Assembly: GCA_043228905.1 (NCBI GenBank)
Contig: JBHGNT010000001.1
Coordinates: 27,838,001 to 27,902,000 of the forward strand
Direction: 5' to 3'
Origin: Azolla caroliniana
Taxonomy: Eukaryota > Plantae > Polypodiophyta
Length of the DNA stretch: 64,000 bases
Shown: positions 51,349-59,900 of the stretch, in pieces
How the letters are laid out: every line of letters begins with the position of its first letter
How positions within the stretch are numbered: position 1 is the stretch's first letter
Made by a program: the position numbers and the translations under genes
Notes under the pieces: generated by a model
What the model saw: the letters and a program-made list of their open reading frames with translations, nothing else
Databases searched by the model: none
Told to the model about the DNA's origin: nothing

Positions 51349-53523
51349 ATGGCAAGTACGAGTACAATGGATCCGGTAATGTTGTTTATTGAAAAGTTGA
51401 ATCAAGATCGATTATTTCATGCCTTACGAGAAGTCCGAGAGAAGATTGGTATGTTTGATGGCACAAATATTTCGAAGTATGTGAATATATATTATGATGA
51501 AATGGAAATGTTTGGTATAAATGATGTCAATATGATAGCAAACTTTTATAAATTAGTGGACATGGAATTAAGAGATAGAATTCATGAAATACAAGCATTG
51601 CATAGTTTGGATTGGAATGCATTCAAAGAAGCACTTGTGTCTGAATATGCTCGTGAGGATTTCTCTCGAGTTACTATGCGTTCATTTCATGAATGGATCT
51701 TAAAAGAAGATAAAGGGTTATCTGTGTCTGACACAAAAAGAGAGTTTGATAGGATGTATGGACACCTAAAGCCAGAAGAAAGAAATTCTTTGTCTTGGCA
51801 AAAGGTTGCTTTATTTTTGCAGGCAGTTGACAAGAGATATAGAAAAGAATTGGAATTTATGCTTGAAGTGCCAAATACCGAGGATGGTATAACGACAGAT
51901 TGGAATGAGGTAACAAATGCTTGTAATAAATTTATGAAAAGAATGCAAAGGAATGGTGTAATGCTACAAATACCACATGTGGGAAACACAAATCGGCTTG
52001 AGCAAAACATCGAAGTTCAAAGACTTGGTCGAGAACCATCACACGAAATGGTCCATCAACCACGAGAAATGACGGGAACTAAGAGTGAGTTTTTGCTTGA
52101 TGATTTAGTTCAAAGTATGAAAGATCTAACAATTAAAGTGGCAAAGCTTGAGAATGGTCAGACTTCGAGGTCAAGGGAACCATTTCGACCTCGATGCATG
52201 TGGTGTGATAGTCTCGACCATCGTCTACGTGATTGTGAAGAATATAAAGACATGGAGAATCGAGACTTGGTCTATTGGAAAAATGGTAACATTTACTTAA
52301 CTGAAACTAGATCTCTGCTTACAAAGAACTTTGGTGATGGTGGTGTTAAGGTTAAATTTGAAGAAGCTGAAGCAAAGAAGGCTTCCGCAATGTACTACTC
52401 GGCAACGGCAGGGGTGCGTCTCGATGACATGCCATCCCGATCACCATTCTGGGAGAAGGTTGTAAGTACCGCACAAAAACAAAAGATGAAGATGGAAGAC
52501 CTTCGTGTTGCCGGAGATTCTGTGAGGAAAAACACTGGATGGGATGTTCCAGTAGATGTTATGACAGTCTATGCTCAAATGGCAGAACACCAAGAGCATG
52601 AGGTGATAGTGGAAGAAAAAAGGAAAAGATCGGATGAGGAGATTGGCTCAACCAAAAAGCATGAAACAAGAGAAAGCAAAAGAAAAGAGATGGACGCAAA
52701 AGTTGAAAAAGGTAAATCTGGTCCTTCATTCAAATTAATGTCTGATATTGAAAAGGATACAGATTTAAAGAAAGTTTTAGAAACAAGAATACTAGACAGT
52801 CGAGTAGAATTTACACTAAGAGAAGTGTTAGGTATTGCAAAAAAGGAATTTCATGATGAAATAATTGATATTGTGCGAAGAAAGAAGCAAGTAAATGAGC
52901 AGGTTAAAGAGACAAATCCGAAGGTGGCATATGAAGTGGTGAGCAACGAGTCAAACAATATTGTTGTTGACTCTCAACATGCATCAACCTCAATGATAAA
53001 TTCAACAGATGTAAGAAGCCATTACTCTCTCAAATGTTGGGCAAGAGCCACTACTGAGCATCATGTGAAGATTGGAAATGTTCCAGACCCCGTGATGGCA
53101 CTTATTGATCATGGTTCTGAAATAAATATAATGAGTGCTGATTTTTACAGGAAAGGTAGATGGCCAATTGATACTCAACATGGTTGGCGAGTAAAAGCTG
53201 CCACATCAGTCACGGAAGATTTATTTGGTGCATGCCCAAATGTAAAGGTTACTATTGGTGATATAGAGGTAGATCAACATTTCTTTGTGCAGGAAGGATC
53301 TACCTATCCAATAATCCTGGGGCAACCATACATTACAGCCGTACGAATGGAGACCAAAGTCCTCGACAATGGTTCTGCCTATGCGAAAATCCGTAGTGAA
53401 GATGGACGACGAACTGTACAATTTATGACCGTTCGCCCAAATCATGAGAGGAACAAGCAAGAGCTTCGTGATCATTCAATACCAAAAGATTGTGATGATT
53501 TTGATAATCAGGTTTTTGACTAG
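51349..53523 (+). CDS. gag: Gag-protease polyprotein of element F
   Basis: Uninterrupted 724-aa ORF with zinc knuckle CMWCDSLDHRLRDC and aspartic protease motifs ALIDHGSEINIM..IILGQPY. Confidence 0.93.
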   Translation: MASTSTMDPVMLFIEKLNQDRLFHALREVREKIGMFDGTNISKYVNIYYDEMEMFGINDVNMIANFYKLVDMELRDRIHEIQALHSLDWNAFKEALVSEYAREDFSRVTMRSFHEWILKEDKGLSVSDTKREFDRMYGHLKPEERNSLSWQKVALFLQAVDKRYRKELEFMLEVPNTEDGITTDWNEVTNACNKFMKRMQRNGVMLQIPHVGNTNRLEQNIEVQRLGREPSHEMVHQPREMTGTKSEFLLDDLVQSMKDLTIKVAKLENGQTSRSREPFRPRCMWCDSLDHRLRDCEEYKDMENRDLVYWKNGNIYLTETRSLLTKNFGDGGVKVKFEEAEAKKASAMYYSATAGVRLDDMPSRSPFWEKVVSTAQKQKMKMEDLRVAGDSVRKNTGWDVPVDVMTVYAQMAEHQEHEVIVEEKRKRSDEEIGSTKKHETRESKRKEMDAKVEKGKSGPSFKLMSDIEKDTDLKKVLETRILDSRVEFTLREVLGIAKKEFHDEIIDIVRRKKQVNEQVKETNPKVAYEVVSNESNNIVVDSQHASTSMINSTDVRSHYSLKCWARATTEHHVKIGNVPDPVMALIDHGSEINIMSADFYRKGRWPIDTQHGWRVKAATSVTEDLFGACPNVKVTIGDIEVDQHFFVQEGSTYPIILGQPYITAVRMETKVLDNGSAYAKIRSEDGRRTVQFMTVRPNHERNKQELRDHSIPKDCDDFDNQVFD

Positions 53524-56500
53524 GACTGTTGCGAGTGAGGGTTGCAATAGTCCCATTATTAAAAGACCCTCATATAGGGCATTACAACATATGAATAAGT
53601 CATTTCATGTTTCTGAAAGTGGTGCTATATGTGTGACTAGGATGTATGAATGCAAGAGGAACTTGAAAAAGAATGCTAATCTGTTTCAGCAGGCATTGAA
53701 GGATACTGGAGTACTTGAAATGGAAGAGCAGATTGAAAGTGTTATGGAAGAAATTTCTTTTGCAAATACTTTAGAAGAGTTAGAAATGTATTTGAAAGAA
53801 GATGATGAGAATGTTAGAAAGATACATGTAAACTCAATTGATATGTATTATGAGATTGATAGGTATAATTGTAAATATGAAGAAGTAGAAAGTTTATGTA
53901 ATACAAAATACAAAACAATAGATAAAAAGGTCAAACCTGCTACAGTACCATTACCTATTGGTAGTGAAGAGAAGATGGAGGCAGCAGCAACCGAGCCTAT
54001 GCTTCGACCAATAGAGAAGATCGGACATCACTTCACTTCGGAGACAATAAATAACTTGAGAATCGGAAGGGGTGAATTTCTTCTGCAATCAGAGATCGTG
54101 ACTTTCAAAGAAATGATCTTTAGGCATGGGAAAGCGTTTGCATTCAAAGCTGAGGAGATTGGTTGTGTAAATCCAAAGGTGGTGACGCCAATGGTAATAT
54201 TTACTATCCCTCATATTCCTTGGAATTTTAAACCTATTGCAGTACCGAGAGCTCGATTACCTCAATTGTTGGAGTTGCTGAAGGATAAAGTCAAGATGAA
54301 GATTTTAGAGCCTTCAAATGCACCATACTCCAATAGATGGTTCACAGTTCCAAAGAAAGATGGTTCTCTAAGATTCATTCAAGATCTACAACCAGTCAAC
54401 AAAGTCACAATCCGAAATGCGGGAATCGGACCGATCGTTGATGAATTTGCGGAAGCGTTTGCTGGCAGAGCGATTTACTCTATGGGAGACCTATATTCAG
54501 GATACGACCAATTTCAACTAGCAATTGATAGTCGCAATATCACAACAATGAAAACACCAATTGGGTTGGTTCGAATGTGCACTCTACCTCAAGGTGCGAC
54601 GAATTCGGTTGCTCATATGATGAATGCAATGAACAAAGTTCTACATGAATACATCCCAAAGGTAACTATGCCATTTTTAGATGATATTCCTATTAAGGGA
54701 TGCTTAGAAAGAGAGAAAGATGAGACTATGGTTGGAAATGGTTGCAGAAAGTTTGTGATGGATCACATTAATGACTGTGAAAATATTTTAAATAAGCTTG
54801 AGCAAGTACATTTGACACTATCAGGAACAAAGTCTTGCTTTGGGCAAAACGAAGTTCTAATAGTTGGTCATATGTGTGGGTGGTATGGGAGGAAGCCTTC
54901 ACCGATCAAAATTAACGCAATACAAAATATGAAGGAAGTTTGCGACTCGGTAACAGAGGTGAGAAGATTTTTGGGTGCATGTGTGTTTTATCATATTTGG
55001 TTACCACACTTTGCACATGTCTCAGATCCTCTCTACCAACTTTTAAGAAAAGGAAAGAAGTTTATTTGGACTGATGAACATACACAAGTTGTTCAACAGC
55101 TGAAAGAAGCATTACTGAAAGCACCAGTTCTTCGTCAACCAGACTACAAAGGTGAAAGACCAATTATAGTAACAGTTGATACTAGCCCAATCGGGATCGG
55201 TTGGGTTATCAACCAAGAAGATGAAGACCAACATCGATATGCTATCAGATTTGGAGCAAAGATATTAAATGAAAGACAAAGAAACTATGCACAAGTTAAA
55301 CGAGAATTGTGGGGTTTGCTTACTGCATTAAAAACAGATAGAGATTACTTGATCGGAGCAGATGTAGTGGTTGAAACAGATTGTTTGCCACTCATTGGAA
55401 TGATAGCAAGTTGCACGACACCAGATATTGCAATGCTTCGGTGGATTGCATACATCAGAACCATGAACCCAGAATTGCGGCATATAAAGGGAAAAGACAA
55501 CCCAGTTGCAGATATGTTGTCAAGGGCAAGGTTCATAAATGAAAAGGTGATGCAAACTGAATATAGGAACTGGGCAACTACAAGCCATCAATTTGCTCAT
55601 CAAGAATCTATTACGCCTCATGATGAGTTTAATGTAAGTATAATGTTCAAAGACACAGAGTATGAAGGTCAATGGTTAGAAATAGGAAATTTTCTAAAGA
55701 CTCAAGAAGCCAACCCATCATGGTCGAAGAAACAATTAAATGAATTTCGAAGACGAGCATTCAAGTTTTTTTTACATGAAGGGCATTTATGGAGGCGTCC
55801 AAAAAGGCCAACCGAAAATCCTCTTCGAGTCATTTGTAAGGATGACATTAAGAGAAAATTAATTAATGAATTCCATGATAGTTTGTGGGCAGGACATAGA
55901 GGCATATGGGCGACATTTATGAAGTTGAAAGAAAAGTATTGGTGGCCACATATGTATAAAGATGTAACGAAATTTGTGGAAACCTGTGAGGTTTGCCAGA
56001 GGTATTCAACTATCCGGTATCGAGATGAGCTAAAACCAACATATTCATCATCAATGCATTATAAATGGATGGTTGATTTAGTGACAATGCCACTTGGGGA
56101 AGGTCAAATGCGATATTTAGTACTAGCAAGAGAAGACCTTACAAACCAAGTAGAAGGAAGACCACTACGACAAAAAACAACTAGAGCTGTATGTAAATTT
56201 TTGTTAGAAGATGTAATATGTCGTTACGGGTGTGTTGGTAAAATAATTGCAGATAGAGGAGAACTCGACTCTGATGAAGCTAGAGAATTCTTCAGCCGAA
56301 TAGGGGTCAAATTATCACTTACAACTGCGTATAATCCAGAAGCCAATGGAAAGATTGAAAGAGGACATAGCCCAATAGTTAAGGCGATCGTGAAAAGCTG
56401 TAAAGGTAAAATAAGAGATTGGCCACGCATGCTACCTTATGCACTATGGGCGGATCGAACAACTCATAGTTCAGTAACAGGATACATGCCAGCTGAATTG

Positions 56501-56974
56501 ATACTTGGCCAAAAGCCCATCATGCCGATAGAAGAATCAATTATGTCATGGATATCTATTCCATGGAGAGAAGAGGTGAGCAGAGAAGAATTACTTGCTT
56601 TGCGAATTCAACAATTAGAGCGTCGACCTGAAGATATAGAAATAGCAGCCCAACGATTAAAGGAGGCTCGACTAAAGAATAAAATCCGTTTTGATAAAAG
56701 TCATAGAATTCGACCTAAGAAAATAGAAGAAGGAGATTGGGTGCTCGTGTACGATAGCAGTTTAGATAATCAACATAGCACCGTCCGCAAGTTCGCTGAA
56801 AGATGGTTTGGGCCTTATATAGTAAGAAAAGTATATGATAACTTTACTTATAAGCTTAGTGAATTGGATGGGACACTAATCCTAAACGTGGTAGCTGGAA
56901 AGAGGATAAAAGTATTTAAGAAAAGGTTTGAGCTTGAACCTCCTCCGATAGATCAACATGAAGATGAAAGATAG
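53444..56974 (+). CDS. pol: Pol (RT-RNaseH-integrase) of element F, probably expressed by frameshift near 53510-53523
   Basis: Uninterrupted ORF. RT (DLYSGYDQ, LPQGATNS, FLDD), RNase H (TVDTS, KRELW, ETDC, VADMLS), IN zinc finger HDS..H..CEVC, DDE core and WFGPY; no chromodomain. The real start is likely the frameshift site rather than 53444. Confidence 0.95.
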   Translation: MRGTSKSFVIIQYQKIVMILIIRFLTRTVASEGCNSPIIKRPSYRALQHMNKSFHVSESGAICVTRMYECKRNLKKNANLFQQALKDTGVLEMEEQIESVMEEISFANTLEELEMYLKEDDENVRKIHVNSIDMYYEIDRYNCKYEEVESLCNTKYKTIDKKVKPATVPLPIGSEEKMEAAATEPMLRPIEKIGHHFTSETINNLRIGRGEFLLQSEIVTFKEMIFRHGKAFAFKAEEIGCVNPKVVTPMVIFTIPHIPWNFKPIAVPRARLPQLLELLKDKVKMKILEPSNAPYSNRWFTVPKKDGSLRFIQDLQPVNKVTIRNAGIGPIVDEFAEAFAGRAIYSMGDLYSGYDQFQLAIDSRNITTMKTPIGLVRMCTLPQGATNSVAHMMNAMNKVLHEYIPKVTMPFLDDIPIKGCLEREKDETMVGNGCRKFVMDHINDCENILNKLEQVHLTLSGTKSCFGQNEVLIVGHMCGWYGRKPSPIKINAIQNMKEVCDSVTEVRRFLGACVFYHIWLPHFAHVSDPLYQLLRKGKKFIWTDEHTQVVQQLKEALLKAPVLRQPDYKGERPIIVTVDTSPIGIGWVINQEDEDQHRYAIRFGAKILNERQRNYAQVKRELWGLLTALKTDRDYLIGADVVVETDCLPLIGMIASCTTPDIAMLRWIAYIRTMNPELRHIKGKDNPVADMLSRARFINEKVMQTEYRNWATTSHQFAHQESITPHDEFNVSIMFKDTEYEGQWLEIGNFLKTQEANPSWSKKQLNEFRRRAFKFFLHEGHLWRRPKRPTENPLRVICKDDIKRKLINEFHDSLWAGHRGIWATFMKLKEKYWWPHMYKDVTKFVETCEVCQRYSTIRYRDELKPTYSSSMHYKWMVDLVTMPLGEGQMRYLVLAREDLTNQVEGRPLRQKTTRAVCKFLLEDVICRYGCVGKIIADRGELDSDEAREFFSRIGVKLSLTTAYNPEANGKIERGHSPIVKAIVKSCKGKIRDWPRMLPYALWADRTTHSSVTGYMPAELILGQKPIMPIEESIMSWISIPWREEVSREELLALRIQQLERRPEDIEIAAQRLKEARLKNKIRFDKSHRIRPKKIEEGDWVLVYDSSLDNQHSTVRKFAERWFGPYIVRKVYDNFTYKLSELDGTLILNVVAGKRIKVFKKRFELEPPPIDQHEDER

Positions 56975-59900
56975 TGGCACATGCCGGAGGATGTGCAGGT
57001 CTAGAGGGGGTGGATGTCGTGAAGTACGAAAGCTTCACATTAAAAGTCTACAATAAGATAAATACGTAACTAAAATAACATTTGATAATGTTTTATAACA
57101 ACACATATGATAATATTATATATATGTAAAGAAAAATAATATATATATATATATAAATATATTATATTACACGAACAAGAGAGGACTTGAACCAATAAGC
57201 CCACCCTATGACTCTCAAATCTTACCATTTACTCTACACTAATAATATTCATAAAATAAAGCATACTTTATATATACTTTATATTACATAAAGGATTTGC
57301 TTCATGATATAAAAATAAAGTTGCATGTTGTATTCAATAGTATTTTGAGACTCGAACCCACAACCTCATACACTAAAGTCAACACACCTACCATTAGGCT
57401 AGGCCCTTTCTCTTTAAGATTATGTTTTCATGTTTATTGTTATTGCATATATTGTTTCATACATAAAAGCTCAAATGAGCGAGATGTTTATCATGCATCA
57501 CATGTAATGCATGAACGCCAAATGGTGATCATGCATCACATGCATTTCATGCACTACATGCATGATTTGTACCCTCCAATGCATCATATGCATGGGGGCA
57601 CCTATTTAAATGGTGAAAGAGAAGATCAAAGGGGGATATGTATGAGATATCAATCAAATTATATATTTCATAAGAGATACCATAAAAATAGAGAAAGAAG
57701 GGAAGAAGTTGAACATAAACGTGGAGCTCTAGCTTGGCGGTCGTGGTGGTCAACTCTCAACAAGAGGGAGGTGGTTCGAGCCTTATCTTCATCAAAATAT
57801 TGAAGTGAAGATTGTAGTGGTCTACGATCAAGAAAGAGAAGAGCGATTACATTGCAAGACAAAGTTCGGAGGTTCAACGACGTGTACAATCATTTTGTAA
57901 CTCTTTTATCAAATAATTATAAATCTCTTTTATTGCTTCAAATATCATTCTATATCCTATCTTGTCATATCTTGTTGATCACTATTTATCTATCTCTACT
58001 CTTTCGTCTCTTCCGTCCATAATCCCAGTGATTCCTTCCTCACTTTCACGTTATCCTTTGTCTACGCAACGCTACGCTTCTAGGCGAGCCACGCCACGAC
58101 AACGCTGTTCCTCTTCTTCGGGTGCTTCCATAAGTATCCGTCCTGGAGAAAGAATCGGTATGCTTTCTTCCGGATCCGGTTGGCCTCGTCCCTCGTCCAC
58201 GACGCATCCGACGTCATTGTCCTCAAGAAACCACTGATCTGGAGCCACTCGCCGTCGTACTTGCTCTCGTCGAAGCCGTTAAGTGCCGGAGTGCTCGTCC
58301 CATCGGTCGTCACGTACGCTGCCTCGAAGAAGTCCACGCCGACTTCTTCGTCCTCCGAAACCATGCCGCCCTCGTCATGAAACCTCGCCCTCGAAAGCAT
58401 GTCGGCCATGGCGTTGTCCTTTCCGGAAATGTGTCGTATTTCCGGGTCCAGGGACTTGATGTATGCTATCCACCTGAGCATCGCCAGGTCCGGTGTCGCG
58501 CATCCGGAAACCATGCCGAGAATTGGGAGGCAATCCGTCTCGATAATCACTTCTGTCCCGATCAGGTAGTCATTGTCGGCCTTTACTGCCGAAACGATAC
58601 CCCAGAGTTCGCGTTTAACCTGGGCATACCCTCGTTGTCGCTCACTGAGGACCTTCGCGCCGAATCGGATCGGGAACTGAATGCCGTCCTCGTCTTCTTG
58701 GTTGACGACCCATCCGATCCTTCTCGTAGACAGCCTTCTCGGGGTATCCTTCTCGAGTTATCCTTCTTGTAGACAGCCTTCCGGAGCGCCGGTGCTGCCG
58801 CAAGAGCTTCCTTCAGCTTCCGGACCGACTCCGTGTGCTCGTCTCGCCACTCGAATTTTCGCCCTTTCTTCAGCAACCCGTATAGCGGCTCCGCAACGTG
58901 GGTGTAATGCGGGATCCATATGTGGTAGAATGCGCACACCCCTAGGAACCTCCGAACTTCCGTAACCGAGCTACAATCGGTCTTCATCGCGGAGATGGCT
59001 TCTACATTTGCCGGAGACGGCTTCCGGCCATATGGTCCGCATAGGTGTCCGACCACCAGGATTTCTGATTGCCCGAAGGACGATTTCTCCCCGGAGAAGG
59101 TGAGCCTTGCAACCTCTAGCCTTTGTAGCACCTTCTCGCAGTCGTCGATGTGTGTTGCCACGAATCGCCTGCATCCGTCCGGCCCAAGTGTCTCGTCCTT
59201 CTCTTCCACCGGGCACCCCTAGATCGGGATGTCGTCTAGAAATGGCATGGTGATGTCCGGGATGCAATCCCTCAGTACCTTGTTCATTGCATTCACCATG
59301 TGGGCCACCGAGTTGGTCCCTCCTTGTGGCAGGGTACACATTCGCACTAGGCCGAGGGGAGTTCGCATCATCGTAATGTCTCTGCTCTCCACGGCTAGCT
59401 GGAACTGGTCGTACCCCGAGTATAGGTCACTAACCGAGTAAATCGACCTTCCGGCGAAGGCCTCCGCGAACTCGTCTATGGTCGGTCTGATTCCTGCGTT
59501 CCGAATGGTCACTCTGTTGACCGGCTAGAGGTCTTGAATGAAGCGCAATGTTCCGTTTTTCTTTGGTACGGTAAACCATCGGTTCGAGTATGGGGCACTC
59601 GACGGTTCGAGAATGCCCATATCGACTTTCTGCCTCAATAGCTCCATCAACTTCGGGATGTGAGCTCTCGGTACTGGAATCGGCTTGAGATTCCACGGCA
59701 CATGCGGTACCATGAATATCACCATCGGCTCCACGATTGTCGGGTCTACGCACCCGATCTCTTCTGGTGAGAATGCGAAGGCTTTCCCGTGCCTTCCGAG
59801 CATCCTCCGAAACCGTTCTTCCTCCGCCGGCAGTAGGAACCCGCCCCCGCCGATTTTGAGCTCCCAGAGCGTCCCGTCGGTGAAGGCGTGTCCTATGCAG

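Larger units (their letters stand above)
50195..58101 (+). mobile_element. Near-intact, very recent Ty3/gypsy element F (AT-rich)
   Basis: 1087-bp LTRs at 50195-51281 and 57015-58101 (one difference seen, 50599 G vs 57419 A). 4-bp TSD ACGC (50191-50194 / 58102-58105). PBS TGGTGAACCCGACGTGA at 51287-51303, complementary to the plant tRNA-Trp 3' end. PPT AGAGGGGGTGGA at 57003-57014. Confidence 0.98.
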
